From an uncultured Sulfurospirillum sp. (GTDB taxonomy: Bacteria > Campylobacterota > Campylobacteria > Campylobacterales > QNZT01), in NCBI GenBank assembly GCA_964573205.1, contig CAZNIT010000041.1:422-64421 (forward strand): a stretch of DNA of 64,000 nucleotides, given 5' to 3'. The notes under the pieces were generated by a model that made no database searches, was not told where the DNA came from, and saw only the letters and a program-made list of their open reading frames with translations. Each line of letters begins with the position of its first letter. Positions within the stretch are counted from its first letter, which is position 1. Positions 1 through 9,600 of the stretch are shown piece by piece. Both the position numbers and the translations under genes were made by a program.

Positions 1-588
1 GCCGTAGTTGTTGGAACAATTCGTTATGACGGTATTCACTCCGAAAGTGTGATGATAGCTCCTTACAACCATATCGGATCCCGCTTTGCTCGCGGAATAC
101 GGCGAATTCGGAGCATAGGGAGTCGTCTCGCTAAAAAGCCCGCTCTCTCCCAGCGTTCCGTAAACCTCGTCGGTGGAGATATGATGAAACCTGCACCCTT
201 CATACTCTTTTTTATAAACGAACGGTTTTTGCATCCAGTAATTTTTAGCGACATCTATGAGGGTAAAAGTGCCGTTTACATTTGTTTGCATAAAGACACC
301 GGGATCTTTTATGGAGTTATCGACATGAGATTCGGCGGCAAAATGGATAACTCCTCGTATATCGAACTCTTCGAATATATACTCGACCAATTCACGATTG
401 CATATATCGCCTTTTATAAATTTATAACGATCGTTCTCTTTTACCTCTTTGAGATTTTCAAGATCACCGGCATATGTCAAAAGATCGAGATTGACAAGCC
501 TGTATTTATCATACTTTTCCAAAAAGTAAGGCACAAAATTACTTCCTATAAAACCGGCGCATCCGGTTACAAGTATCGATTTTATCAT
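1..588 (-). CDS. rfbB: dTDP-glucose 4,6-dehydratase, N-terminal 196 codons (gene runs off the left edge)
   Basis: My own minus-strand translation from ATG 588..586 gives MIKSILVTGCAGFIGSNF...HFAAESHVDNS...YSASKAGSD...NCSNNYG. It has the Rossmann GxxGxxG and SDR YxxxK motifs. ATGA start/stop overlap with rfbD. Absent from the ORF track because there is no stop in the window. The + strand ORF 49..639 is its antisense shadow. Confidence 0.9.
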   Translation of the reverse strand, partial: MIKSILVTGCAGFIGSNFVPYFLEKYDKYRLVNLDLLTYAGDLENLKEVKENDRYKFIKGDICNRELVEYIFEEFDIRGVIHFAAESHVDNSIKDPGVFMQTNVNGTFTLIDVAKNYWMQKPFVYKKEYEGCRFHHISTDEVYGTLGESGLFSETTPYAPNSPYSASKAGSDMVVRSYHHTFGVNTVITNCSNNYG

Positions 589-1469
589 CTTCTCTCTCCT
601 AATCTTTCTAAACATTCGCTAAGGCTATCTTTCCAGTAGGCTATCTCCAAGCCGAAATCGGTTTTTATCTTACTCTTATCCAGCAGACTAAAGTGCGGTC
701 TCTTCGCGGGAGTGGGATATTGACTCGTTTTCAAGGGATTTACTTTACAATCCAGCTTCGCCATCTTCATGATCTCTTTTGCAAAATCATACCAGCTCAA
801 AACCCCTTCGTTGGAGTAGTGATAAATCTGCGGTTTTTCATTTTTTAAAATCGGATGGATTTTCAGTATGGCGCTCGCCAGATCTTTGGCATATGTCGGA
901 GTCCCCACCTGATCGTAAACAACTCCGATCTCATCTTTCGTTTTACCCAGTTTCAACATAGTCTTTACGAAATTGTTCCCATAACTGCTATAAACCCATG
1001 AAGTTCTTATGATGACGGAATTTTTTGGAGACACTCTTAATATCTCCTCTTCGGCTTCAAGTTTACTTCTTCCGTAAACTCCGGTGGGATTGGGATTGTC
1101 CTCTTCATTGTAAGGTTTATAGTTTTTCCCGTCAAACACATAATCGGTAGAGATATGAACAAGTTTTACTCCCTCGCTCACACAAATTTCAGCCAGATTT
1201 TTCGCTCCGTCCCTGTTTATAAGAGTCGCTAACTCCGCCTCCTCTTCCGCCTTGTCCACGGCCGTATATGCGGCGCAGTTTAGTATGACATCTATGTCGT
1301 TCTCTTTTACAAACCGCTTAAGCGCGAAAAGATCGGTTATATCCAAAGTATCGCCGTCGGTAAAAAAATGCTCCTTCGCATCTCCTAGCAACTCTTTTAG
1401 CTCGGATCCAAGCTGACCGTTCGCACCCGTTACAAGTACCCTATCCATAAAGCTTTTCTCCATACTCAA
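585..1469 (-). CDS. rfbD: dTDP-4-dehydrorhamnose reductase
   Basis: 294 aa. VLVTGANGQLGSEL Rossmann motif and YGRSKLEAE (YxxxK). Sits between rfbC and rfbB with overlapping stop/start codons. The true start may be the internal Met at 1448. Confidence 0.9.
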   Translation of the reverse strand: MSMEKSFMDRVLVTGANGQLGSELKELLGDAKEHFFTDGDTLDITDLFALKRFVKENDIDVILNCAAYTAVDKAEEEAELATLINRDGAKNLAEICVSEGVKLVHISTDYVFDGKNYKPYNEEDNPNPTGVYGRSKLEAEEEILRVSPKNSVIIRTSWVYSSYGNNFVKTMLKLGKTKDEIGVVYDQVGTPTYAKDLASAILKIHPILKNEKPQIYHYSNEGVLSWYDFAKEIMKMAKLDCKVNPLKTSQYPTPAKRPHFSLLDKSKIKTDFGLEIAYWKDSLSECLERLGERR

Positions 1470-2013
1470 AAACTTCGGCTTCGTTTAAAAGCGGCTGTTT
1501 CGTATCTTTGTCGGATAGCAAAAGCTCATCTTTATCCAAAACCCAGTCAACTCCTATTGAAGGATCGTCAAACGCTATTCCCCTGTCGTTTTGAGGACTA
1601 TAATAATTATCGACCTTATATGAAAAAACGGCCTCTTGGCTTAAAACCACGAAACCATGAGCAAAACCCCGCGGCACGAAAAGCTCCCTTTTATTTTCTC
1701 CGCTCAATTCCACCGCAACATACTCTCCGAAAGTCGGGCTGCCTTTTCTTATATCCACCGCGACATCCAAAACTCTCCCCATAATAACCCGTACCAATTT
1801 GCTTTGAGCGAAAGGTGCAAGTTGATAGTGAAGTCCTCTTAAAACTCCCTTTTTACTTTTGGATTCGTTATCCTGACAAAATTCGACATTAAATCCTAAA
1901 AACTCTTCAAGCTTGTCTTGTCTGAATGTCTCGGTAAAATATCCCCTATGATCACCGAAAACTTTCGGTTCGATTATGACGACATCTTTTATCTTCGTTC
2001 TTATAAAATTCAT
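1441..2013 (-). CDS. rfbC: dTDP-4-dehydrorhamnose 3,5-epimerase
   Basis: ORF 1441..2145 trimmed to the internal ATG at 2013 ([30 protein letters not shown]...RGLHYQ). RmlC cupin motifs. This ATG forms an ATGA overlap with the rfbA stop. The 44 upstream codons lie inside rfbA. Confidence 0.9.
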   Translation of the reverse strand: MNFIRTKIKDVVIIEPKVFGDHRGYFTETFRQDKLEEFLGFNVEFCQDNESKSKKGVLRGLHYQLAPFAQSKLVRVIMGRVLDVAVDIRKGSPTFGEYVAVELSGENKRELFVPRGFAHGFVVLSQEAVFSYKVDNYYSPQNDRGIAFDDPSIGVDWVLDKDELLLSDKDTKQPLLNEAEVFEYGEKLYG

Positions 2014-2900
2014 CTTTTGACTATCCCCTCTTTCGCTCTTCTTATGAGATATTTTCCGTAGTTGTTCTTTTTCAAAGGCTGAGCCAACTCCAGAAGTTTT
2101 TTTTGATCGATATAGCCCATCTCGTAAGCGATCTCCTCTATACAAGAGACCTTAAGCCCCTGACGGTTTTCGATAGTCTGTATAAAATTCGAAGCTTCGA
2201 GCAGACTCTCATGAGTTCCGGTATCAAGCCACGCGAACCCTCTTCCCATAAGCTCCATCTTCAATTTACCCTCTTTTAGATAACGCTGATTTACATCCGT
2301 TATCTCAAGCTCTCCTCTAGGACTCGGTTTTATCGTTTTTGCCACATCCACCACATCGCCGGTATAAAAATAAAGACCGGTCACGGCATAATTACTTTTG
2401 GGATTTTTCGGTTTCTCCTCTATACTTACGACATTTCCCGCTTCGTCGAACTCAGCGACGCCGTAGCGCTCCGGATCGTTTACATAGTAGCCGAATATCA
2501 CCGACTTTCGCTCCTCTTTGACGCTCTTTGTCGCTCTTTTTAACATATCTACAAGACCATGCCCATGATATATATTGTCGCCTAGTATCAAACAAGCGTC
2601 GCTTCCGTCTAAAAAATCCTCGGCAAGTAAAAAAGCTTCGGCAAGTCCGTTCGGAGACGGCTGAACCTTATAAGAGAGAGACAATCCCAAATGAGAACCG
2701 TCTTTGAACAATGACTCGAACAACGGTAAAGCTTCGGGAGTGGAGATGATTAAAATCTCTTTTATACCGCTAAGCATCAGAGTCGATAGAGGATAGTAGA
2801 TCATAGGCTTGTCATGAACCGGTAAAAGTTGTTTGATAACTTGGTTCGTTATAGGATAAAGTCTCGTTCCGCTACCGCCTGCGAGTATGATACCTTTCAT
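2010..2900 (-). CDS. rfbA: glucose-1-phosphate thymidylyltransferase
   Basis: [18 protein letters not shown] nucleotidyltransferase signature. 296 aa, RmlA-like along the full length. Confidence 0.93.
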   Translation of the reverse strand: MKGIILAGGSGTRLYPITNQVIKQLLPVHDKPMIYYPLSTLMLSGIKEILIISTPEALPLFESLFKDGSHLGLSLSYKVQPSPNGLAEAFLLAEDFLDGSDACLILGDNIYHGHGLVDMLKRATKSVKEERKSVIFGYYVNDPERYGVAEFDEAGNVVSIEEKPKNPKSNYAVTGLYFYTGDVVDVAKTIKPSPRGELEITDVNQRYLKEGKLKMELMGRGFAWLDTGTHESLLEASNFIQTIENRQGLKVSCIEEIAYEMGYIDQKKLLELAQPLKKNNYGKYLIRRAKEGIVKR

Positions 2901-2909
2901 TTTAAACCT

Positions 2910-3518
2910 TTAAAGATTCTTTCTGATATTTTCGTAAAGATCCAAAATCTCGCTTTTATGAGAGATAAAACTGTTTTTGTTCGCTATGAGATGAGCCGAG
3001 GACTCGAGTATATCCTCGACCACTTTTAGACCGTTTTGCTTCATCGTAGTTCCGGTTTCGACGATATCGACTATGGCGTCACAGAGTCCGACTATCGGAG
3101 CAAGCTCGATAGAGCCGTAAAGTTTTATGATCTTCACCGCCATCGCTTTTGATGAAAAATATTCCCTGGTGATATTTACCATTTTCGTAGCCACCGTGAT
3201 TTCAGGTTTGCTAAAATCAAGCTCGTCTTCGTTTTTCATGCCGATACAGACACGACACCTTCCGATCCCAAGATCCAAAAGCTTTACAAGATCCATCTCT
3301 TTCTCCACCAGCACATCCAGCCCCACCACTCCAAGATCCGCCGCTTGATTTAACACATATGTCGGAACATCTTGATTTCTAACGAGCAAAAATCTAAATC
3401 CGTCTTTTTCAAGTATCAATTTTCTATCTTCAAAATCGAACTTCGTATCGAATGTCTTTTCAAATATAGCCAGAGTCTCCAGGGCTATTCTTCCTTTGGG
3501 TAGTGCGATAGTCAGCAC
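2910..3518 (-). CDS. hisG: ATP phosphoribosyltransferase, short form
   Basis: 202 aa. LTIALPKGRI N-terminus and a DIVETGTTMKQNGL PRPP-loop-like segment. Confidence 0.88.
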   Translation of the reverse strand: MLTIALPKGRIALETLAIFEKTFDTKFDFEDRKLILEKDGFRFLLVRNQDVPTYVLNQAADLGVVGLDVLVEKEMDLVKLLDLGIGRCRVCIGMKNEDELDFSKPEITVATKMVNITREYFSSKAMAVKIIKLYGSIELAPIVGLCDAIVDIVETGTTMKQNGLKVVEDILESSAHLIANKNSFISHKSEILDLYENIRKNL

Positions 3519-4126
3519 TCTCTCTCCTTTATCACTTTTTTCATCCCCTTAAATACCAACTCTTCGTCATATACGCTATTTTTAAGATATCGGCACAACT
3601 TCTTGCCGTCACCGCCCGTTACAACGATTTTTTTCTCTTTCGCAAATTCTTCTATCGCACAAATAACCGGCTTTATCACACCGTAAACCAAAGCTTCGTT
3701 CGTATTTGCCGGAATCTCTTCAAATCTAATATTTTGATCTAAGTTTAAGATCAATTTAGATGATATATTAGCAAAAGAGTCTTTATATGAGCTAAGACCG
3801 GGCATGATAAATCCGCCTAGATGAGCTCCCTTTCTCATCAAATCAACGGTTATCGCACTTCCCGCATCGACTACCACGCCGTCGTTTACGGTATAGCAAG
3901 CGGCGACTCTATCCACTCCCAAACCTTTATAATCGCTTTTAAATAAGAATTTATCTTCAAGATTTATAGCATTTTTTAAAACGATAAGTTTCTCTTTTAT
4001 TTCGGGGTTGACGCATATGTAGTAAAACTTCTCTTTCGGATACTTAAAACCATAAACCGCGTAGCTGTGGATTTTACCGTTTTCATACGATTTAATATTC
4101 GTATTGCCCACATCAAGCAACAGCAT
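3512..4126 (-). CDS. coaX: type III pantothenate kinase
   Basis: 204 aa. LLLDVGNTNIK, GLGVDRVAA and IVVTGGDG motifs of the ASKHA-fold CoaX family. Confidence 0.85.
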   Translation of the reverse strand: MLLLDVGNTNIKSYENGKIHSYAVYGFKYPKEKFYYICVNPEIKEKLIVLKNAINLEDKFLFKSDYKGLGVDRVAACYTVNDGVVVDAGSAITVDLMRKGAHLGGFIMPGLSSYKDSFANISSKLILNLDQNIRFEEIPANTNEALVYGVIKPVICAIEEFAKEKKIVVTGGDGKKLCRYLKNSVYDEELVFKGMKKVIKEREC

Positions 4127-4445
4127 CGATCAATTTCCAACCGCGCTCTTTCAAGAGAGTTTTCGCTTTCGAACAGATCGGCATTTCATATAGAAAAACC
4201 TTTTTTTTAAAATTATGATCTTGAAGAATTTTCAATTTCTCAAAAAGTTCTTCGATCTGTTGGGCATTTTTTCTCAAAAACCTACTCTTTTGAACGAGAT
4301 AAAATATAGCGACATAATTACTCTTTAAATCCACTCCCTCGTATATCTTAATCTTTTTGCGGGTATGAAGTTTTTTATTATCGATCTTGTGAAGTTTTCT
4401 ATAAATCATATCTTTTGAAAGAAGAAGTTCGACGAATTCATTCAT
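4113..4445 (-). CDS. hypothetical small basic protein (110 aa)
   Basis: Open frame wedged between xer and coaX. It overlaps both neighbours (4 and 14 nt), which suggests translational coupling. I recognise no motif. Confidence 0.5.
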   Translation of the reverse strand: MNEFVELLLSKDMIYRKLHKIDNKKLHTRKKIKIYEGVDLKSNYVAIFYLVQKSRFLRKNAQQIEELFEKLKILQDHNFKKKVFLYEMPICSKAKTLLKERGWKLIDAVA

Positions 4446-5293
4446 AAATTATCCTTTGAGAGAGGATGATAAAGATCAAGACTCTGCTTTAAATCCTCTT
4501 TTTGTATATGCGTATATATCTGCGTCGTTACGATACTTTGGTGCCCCAAAAGCTCCTGAACCACTCTCAAGTCGGCTCCACCCAGTATGAGCGCGCTCGC
4601 GAAAGAGTGCCTTAATACATGAGGAGAAACACCCAAATATCTTTTAGCGATCTTAAAAACCGAAATTCTACTCAAAGGAGCACCTTTGTAATTTAACCAA
4701 AGCCACTCATTTTGAGATTCTCGCATAAAAAGATACTCCCTCAAGCTCTCAAGCGCCGCGGGTGCTATGGGAACCATACGCTCTTTGTCGCCTTTGGCAT
4801 TTCGAATCCTAAACCACTCATCCTCTATATCCGATCGTTTCGCCTTTACCGCTTCACTCACCCTGCAACCCGTAGCATACAAAAAGAGCAAAAGAGCAAA
4901 ATCCCTAACACCGATTTCCCTATTTTTATCTATGGCTTTCAACATATGCATGATCTCGTCATACTCTAAAAATTTAGGTAAATTTTGGGGAATTTTCGCG
5001 GGAGCAAGTTTCAACCTCTCGTCTATAAACTCGCTCCTATAACAAAAATCGTAAAAACCGTTTATAGCGCAAAGTTTTCTATTTCTTGTTCTGGGGTTTT
5101 TTATAGTTGCTAAAAAAGTTAAAATATCATCGCTTCGAACCTCTAAAAGTTCCCCTTTTACAAAAGATTCAAACTGGATCAAGTCCGAAATATAAGCTTT
5201 GACACTTAAAAAGCCCAATCCCTTGATCACCGATATATGCTCTACGAACGCCTCGATCAAAGGACTAAGAACTCTTTTATCAAAAGATGTCAT
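4442..5293 (-). CDS. tyrosine site-specific recombinase, Xer (XerC/XerD/XerH) family
   Basis: 283 aa. Catalytic motifs ATGCRVSEA (Arg), HVLRHSFAS (HxxR) and LLGHQSIVTTQIYTH (His...Tyr). Embedded in a housekeeping operon. Confidence 0.85.
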   Translation of the reverse strand: MTSFDKRVLSPLIEAFVEHISVIKGLGFLSVKAYISDLIQFESFVKGELLEVRSDDILTFLATIKNPRTRNRKLCAINGFYDFCYRSEFIDERLKLAPAKIPQNLPKFLEYDEIMHMLKAIDKNREIGVRDFALLLFLYATGCRVSEAVKAKRSDIEDEWFRIRNAKGDKERMVPIAPAALESLREYLFMRESQNEWLWLNYKGAPLSRISVFKIAKRYLGVSPHVLRHSFASALILGGADLRVVQELLGHQSIVTTQIYTHIQKEDLKQSLDLYHPLSKDNL

Positions 5294-5296
5294 CTC

Positions 5297-6310
5297 TTAG
5301 CGTAACTTTATCTCTTTGTCGCCTATATAAAGCACTCCGTTTGCGAAAATTGAGGCGCTTTCAACCTCATCGTCGAGTCTTTTCACTTTGATATTCGAAA
5401 GGTTTCTGTCCATCTCTATAAGATAACCGTTTTTTTCAACGCCGTATAATTTATCTCCGATAGAAGCGACCGCTACGAAATTCGCAAATTCGAAATCGCT
5501 CTCGTTAATTTTTTGCAATTTTTCGTCAAGATGAATCACTTTACCGCTTTTGGCGAAAAGATATATATCGTGTCCGACGTATAGTATATCTTTTATATCC
5601 TCGGAATACGTATAGATATTTTCGGGAGTGATGACGATGACCTTCGAAGCGGTAGCCGCTACGAGAATATTGTCGTAAACTTTTAAAAATATCACATTGT
5701 TAAAAAGCGCTTTATCACTTATAGCGACATCTCTTAAAACTATCTTCCTAACCGAATCCATAATCAAAAGTCTTCCGTCAAGCGTCGGATAAATGATGAT
5801 ATCGTTTAAAAAAATCGGATTGGCCGCTCTAGCGTCAACCGCTATAACTTTATCGAGCTGTTCGTTATAAAGTGTCTTATCACTTTTGATATCGTATAGC
5901 GAAATGGAGTTATTCGCGAACACAAGAGCCAAAAGAGAGCCTTTTAGCGAAGCGCTTACGACTTGAGAGTCAAACTTTTTGGAGAAGTTCTCTTTATAAT
6001 CTTTTTTTGAAAAGATCTTTAAATTACCATCTTCGTCCGCGGCGATAACAAAGTCGTCGTTTTCATTTATGAACGAAAACCCTTTCGGCAATACCAGATC
6101 GACGATGCCCTCTTTTTTAGTAACCACTTTTTGATCCGAGAGCATTGCCCCCTCTCTTACGACGTTTTTCAAAACGGCTTTTTCGACCATCTTGTTATAT
6201 TTGATTTTTCCGTCCGTAATTTTTGGCTCATATACGGTTTTATCGGCGCAACCGACGGCAAAAATTGCGAACAAAAAGGTTATGAAGAAAAGAGAGTTAG
6301 TTTTTATCAT
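5297..6310 (-). CDS. lipoprotein with beta-propeller-like repeats, possible BamB-like protein
   Basis: Lipobox FAVGC. Repeated strand-rich segments (GxL/DGxL). Lies directly downstream of a YfgM-like gene, as in E. coli yfgM-bamB. Confidence 0.45.
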   Translation of the reverse strand: MIKTNSLFFITFLFAIFAVGCADKTVYEPKITDGKIKYNKMVEKAVLKNVVREGAMLSDQKVVTKKEGIVDLVLPKGFSFINENDDFVIAADEDGNLKIFSKKDYKENFSKKFDSQVVSASLKGSLLALVFANNSISLYDIKSDKTLYNEQLDKVIAVDARAANPIFLNDIIIYPTLDGRLLIMDSVRKIVLRDVAISDKALFNNVIFLKVYDNILVAATASKVIVITPENIYTYSEDIKDILYVGHDIYLFAKSGKVIHLDEKLQKINESDFEFANFVAVASIGDKLYGVEKNGYLIEMDRNLSNIKVKRLDDEVESASIFANGVLYIGDKEIKLR

Positions 6311-6318
6311 GATCGTAC

Positions 6319-6915
6319 CTATTTTTGATAATGGCTAAAACTCTGCGCCAATTGATAAAGCGGAGAAGTTACGGGAATCTTTTGTAAAAGCGCCCTGGCT
6401 TCGTCACTCTTACCCTTCTCAAAAAGCAAGAAAGCCTCGTCCAATACGGCAAGCTCTTTTAAAAGCGCGTTCTGTTTTTGAGCGTAACTCTTCAAAGAGC
6501 TCAAATCTTCGCTAAGCGCCGAGCTTTGATAAAGCGCTAGATCTTCCAAAAGCGGCTCTTTCATTTTTGTTTTTACGGCTTCTATCTTTTTAGGATCGTT
6601 TCCTTTTACCGCTTGTGAAAAATTAAATAGGGTAAAGAGTTTTGGATTTTTACTCTCCAAAATCTTTAGCGCATCTTTATCGGCCGGATTTTTTTGTAAA
6701 GCCAAAAAAGCCTCGTTGGAGAGTCTCAAATCTCTGTTTTTTATAAAATCGCTTATAAGATAAAACGAGACCGCCAATACTACGGCGACACCTACGGCTA
6801 TAAGAGCTTTTTTATATTTTTTAAAAAATCCCTCCGCCTTTATGACACTCTCTAAAAACTGCTCCTCGGCACTCAACTCTTTTTTAATAGCTTCGACATT
6901 CTCTTTCAGTCCCAA
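6319..6915 (-). CDS. YfgM-like membrane-anchored TPR-like protein
   Basis: 198 aa, TTG start. Acidic N-terminus, a single TM helix (ALIAVGVAVVLAVSFYLI) and a helical C-domain. The architecture aligns by eye with E. coli YfgM. Confidence 0.55.
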   Translation of the reverse strand: MGLKENVEAIKKELSAEEQFLESVIKAEGFFKKYKKALIAVGVAVVLAVSFYLISDFIKNRDLRLSNEAFLALQKNPADKDALKILESKNPKLFTLFNFSQAVKGNDPKKIEAVKTKMKEPLLEDLALYQSSALSEDLSSLKSYAQKQNALLKELAVLDEAFLLFEKGKSDEARALLQKIPVTSPLYQLAQSFSHYQK

Positions 6916-6929
6916 AGTTAATCCTTTTT

Positions 6930-6938
6930 TGATATAAT
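6930..6938 (+). promoter_or_regulatory. extended -10 promoter element (TGATATAAT) upstream of gatC
   Basis: TGnTATAAT lies 39 nt upstream of the gatC ATG. Extended -10 promoters without a clear -35 are typical of Campylobacter and Helicobacter. Confidence 0.45.
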
Positions 6939-6976
6939 CTTTTCGAAATATAACACATAAAGAATTAAGGGTTTAT

Positions 6977-7267
6977 ATGAAAATAGACGAAACGCTTTTA
7001 AGCAAACTCGAAAAACTCTCCTCTTTGAAGATAAGCGACGACAAAAGAGAGAGCACCATTCAAGAGATAGCCAAAATAGTCGATTTTGTTGAAAATCTGA
7101 ATGAATTGGATTTAGACAATGAAGAGGCATCTTTCTCGACTATAGAAGGCGGCACACCCTTTAGAGATGATATTCCCGAAAATGATCCCGCTATCATCGA
7201 GGATATATTAGATCATGCACCGAAAAAGGAGGATGGTTTCTTCGTTGTTCCTAAAATAATCGAATAG
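6977..7267 (+). CDS. gatC: Asp-tRNA(Asn)/Glu-tRNA(Gln) amidotransferase subunit C
   Basis: 96 aa. MKIDETLLSKLEKLSSLKISDDK...VDFVENLNELDLD is typical of GatC. Confidence 0.85.
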   Translation: MKIDETLLSKLEKLSSLKISDDKRESTIQEIAKIVDFVENLNELDLDNEEASFSTIEGGTPFRDDIPENDPAIIEDILDHAPKKEDGFFVVPKIIE

Positions 7268-7275
7268 GAGACAAC

Positions 7276-8367
7276 ATGACTGAAACTTTAGAGCGTCCGC
7301 AATCGATGGACATCAACACTCTTTTAAAAAATATAGTCGCACACGGGGCGTCGGATCTTCACCTTGTCAGCAGAAGCGAACCTCAAATCAGAATAGACGG
7401 TAAACTGGTTCCGCTAAACCTTCCCAAACTTGACGGTAAAACGATCGAAGAGATGTGTTACGCACTCATCACCGACAAACAGAAAAAACATCTCGAAGAG
7501 AACAAAGAGGTTGACTTCGCCATAGCCATTCCGAATGTCGGAAGATTCAGGGGTAATTACTACTATACCATCGGCACGGAGCTTGCGGCGGCCTTTAGGA
7601 TCATCCCGACACAAATCCCGTCTCTTGACGATCTTGGAGCTCCGGCGGTTTTTAAAGAGATCATAAAAAGAGAAAAAGGACTCATCCTCGTAACAGGTCC
7701 TACCGGTAGCGGTAAATCAACCACTCTTGCGGCTCTTTTAAACGAAATCAACATGACCGAACACAAACATATAATCACCGCCGAAGATCCGGTGGAGTTC
7801 ATTCATGAAAATAAAAAATCACTCTTTTCCCACAGAAACGTCGGAGAAGATACGAAAAGTTTCGCAACGGCTCTTAAATATGCGATGCGTGAAGATCCGG
7901 ACATCATACTTATCGGTGAGATGAGGGACAAAGAGACTATCGAAGCGGCTTTGACGGCTGCGGAAACCGGACACTTGGTTTTCGGAACGCTCCATACAAA
8001 CTCCGCGGTTCAAACCATAAATAGAATAGTCGATACCTTCGAAGGCTCCGAACAGTTACAAGTTAGAAACATGCTTTCGGTATCTCTTACGGCGGTAATT
8101 TCTCAAATGCTTCTTCCCAAAAAGAGCAAAGGTCGAATAGCCGCACAAGAGATCATGATCAACAATCATGCCATCGCAAACCTCATACGCGAAAACAAGA
8201 TCCACCAACTATATTCGCAAATGCAGCTCAATCAAGCACAAACAGGTATGCAGACTCAAACTCAGGCACTCGAAAAAATCGTCAAACAAAACCTTGTTCA
8301 TAAAGAAGACGCTATGCGTATCTCTACTCAACCCGACGAACTCAAAGGAAGAATCGGTCTTTTATAA
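7276..8367 (+). CDS. pilT: PilT-family type IV pilus retraction / secretion ATPase
   Basis: 363 aa. Walker A GPTGSGKSTT, Walker B ILIGEMRD, His box GHLVFGTLHTN. Confidence 0.85.
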   Translation: MTETLERPQSMDINTLLKNIVAHGASDLHLVSRSEPQIRIDGKLVPLNLPKLDGKTIEEMCYALITDKQKKHLEENKEVDFAIAIPNVGRFRGNYYYTIGTELAAAFRIIPTQIPSLDDLGAPAVFKEIIKREKGLILVTGPTGSGKSTTLAALLNEINMTEHKHIITAEDPVEFIHENKKSLFSHRNVGEDTKSFATALKYAMREDPDIILIGEMRDKETIEAALTAAETGHLVFGTLHTNSAVQTINRIVDTFEGSEQLQVRNMLSVSLTAVISQMLLPKKSKGRIAAQEIMINNHAIANLIRENKIHQLYSQMQLNQAQTGMQTQTQALEKIVKQNLVHKEDAMRISTQPDELKGRIGLL

Positions 8368-8369
8368 AA

Positions 8370-8400
8370 ATGAAGAGAGACTTATCTCTTCATTTTCTTT
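8370..8400 (+). terminator. rho-independent terminator after pilT
   Basis: Perfect 9-bp stem (ATGAAGAGA / TCTCTTCAT), 6-nt loop, then TTTCTTT. Confidence 0.75.
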
Positions 8401-8469
8401 ATATTTCATAAAACATCTCTACTAATTTATCCTTTTTACCGCTATAAGATTTACACTAAGGTAATTTTT

Positions 8470-8478
8470 TGTTATAAT
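8470..8478 (+). promoter_or_regulatory. extended -10 element (TGTTATAAT) upstream of cvpA-fur-lysS-glyA
   Basis: TGnTATAAT lies about 50 nt upstream of the cvpA start and follows the pilT terminator. Confidence 0.5.
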
Positions 8479-8527
8479 CGAAAATTAATAGCTGCGCGAC
8501 TGCGCGACGGCATAACATAGATAAGGT

Positions 8528-9106
8528 ATGTATTTTATGGAAAATGTTTCTCTATTGGATCTGGTATCTATCGCTCTTATCCTTTTTCTGGGTATCAAAG
8601 GTATATTTCGCGGATTTGTAAAAGAGGTGTTCGGACTCATCGGCATAATCGGCGGAATTTATGTCGCTTCAAGATATGCCGAGGGTGCCGGTAACTTCAT
8701 AGACGTGAATTTTTTAGATCTACAAAACAAAGGCTCGCTCTATTTAATAGGCTTCATAGCCGTTTTGATAGCGTTTTGGCTCTTTGCGACGATGATAGGC
8801 TTTTTGCTCGGTAAACTCGTACACTCAAGCGGTCTTGGCATAGTCGATAAGATTTTGGGATTTGTAGTCGGCGGAGCGAAAGTATTTTTGATCTTCTCGG
8901 TAATCATTTATGTCTTTTCAAATATAGGTATCTTCAAAGCAAGCATAAACAATCTCTTCTCCGGATCGATGATGTATCCGATTTTTCAAGAGGTCGGAGC
9001 TAAGATCGTAAAGATAGATCCTTCTCAGATAAATGTGAACGACAGCATCAAAATAGAGAGCGAAAAAGAGAAAACGACCGATGCGGAAAATGAAAGTAAA
9101 GAGTGA
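8528..9106 (+). CDS. cvpA: CvpA-family membrane protein
   Basis: 192 aa with four hydrophobic helices. The N-terminus LDLVSIALILFLGIKGIFRGF is typical of CvpA. Located upstream of fur, as in C. jejuni. The start may be the Met at 8537. Confidence 0.75.
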   Translation: MYFMENVSLLDLVSIALILFLGIKGIFRGFVKEVFGLIGIIGGIYVASRYAEGAGNFIDVNFLDLQNKGSLYLIGFIAVLIAFWLFATMIGFLLGKLVHSSGLGIVDKILGFVVGGAKVFLIFSVIIYVFSNIGIFKASINNLFSGSMMYPIFQEVGAKIVKIDPSQINVNDSIKIESEKEKTTDAENESKE

Positions 9107-9115
9107 TTCGAGTTT

Positions 9116-9577
9116 ATGAAAAATATCGAAGCCCTTGCGTATAAAGAGCTTTTACAGACATTCAAAACCATTTTAAAAAGTAACGGTTTAAAATTTACGG
9201 CACAAAGAGAGGCTATATTAAGAACGTTGTACGATCATCCAGACCATTTTACGCCTGAAAATCTCTACTTTTTGGTAAAAGAGAGGTATCCGCAGCTGAA
9301 CACGGGTATTACGACCATTTATAGAACTTTAAATCTTCTCGAAGAGAATAAACTCGCCACCTCCATCTCTTTCGGTACACAGGGAAAAAAATTTGAGCTT
9401 GGGAACAAACCACACCATGATCATCTCATATGCACCGGTTGCGGCAAGATAATAGAGTTCGAAGATAGTCAAATAGAGCATCTTCAAAACGAAATAGCAA
9501 AAAAATATAAATTTAAACTTACGGATCACTTGATGCAGCTTTACGGTATATGTAAAGAGTGTCAGAAAAAAAGTTAA
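9116..9577 (+). CDS. fur: ferric uptake regulator family protein
   Basis: 153 aa. [16 protein letters not shown] and CKEC metal sites. The fur-lysS-glyA order is known from C. jejuni. Confidence 0.85.
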   Translation: MKNIEALAYKELLQTFKTILKSNGLKFTAQREAILRTLYDHPDHFTPENLYFLVKERYPQLNTGITTIYRTLNLLEENKLATSISFGTQGKKFELGNKPHHDHLICTGCGKIIEFEDSQIEHLQNEIAKKYKFKLTDHLMQLYGICKECQKKS

Positions 9578-9600
9578 ACCAAATATAAGAGAGGAAACCG

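Noticed and set aside
49-639. 196-aa + strand ORF at the left edge of the window
   Set aside because: Its translation is low-complexity with no recognisable motif. The opposite strand in the same interval translates into a textbook dTDP-glucose 4,6-dehydratase N-terminus that is start/stop-coupled to rfbD. This ORF is an antisense shadow.
1441-2145. N-terminal 44-codon extension of rfbC ([10 protein letters not shown]...)
   Set aside because: The extension lies inside rfbA and has no RmlC similarity. The internal ATG at 2013 forms an ATGA overlap with the rfbA stop and starts a canonical RmlC N-terminus.
4442-5293. Tyrosine recombinase as a marker of an integrated mobile element
   Set aside because: It is embedded in a tightly coupled housekeeping operon (bamB-like upstream, coaX/hisG downstream). 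There are no flanking repeats, phage or transposon genes. The size and motifs fit a chromosomal Xer dimer-resolution recombinase.
6918-7130. 70-aa ORF antisense to the gatC 5' end and promoter
   Set aside because: It overlaps the well-supported gatC gene and its promoter region. It is Leu/Ser/Phe/Cys-rich with no RBS, so it is most likely non-coding.
8492-8507. Tandem GC-rich octamer CTGCGCGA CTGCGCGA in the AT-rich cvpA leader
   Set aside because: There are only two copies of 8 nt, with no evident pairing partner or match to a known motif. That is too short to interpret without conservation data.
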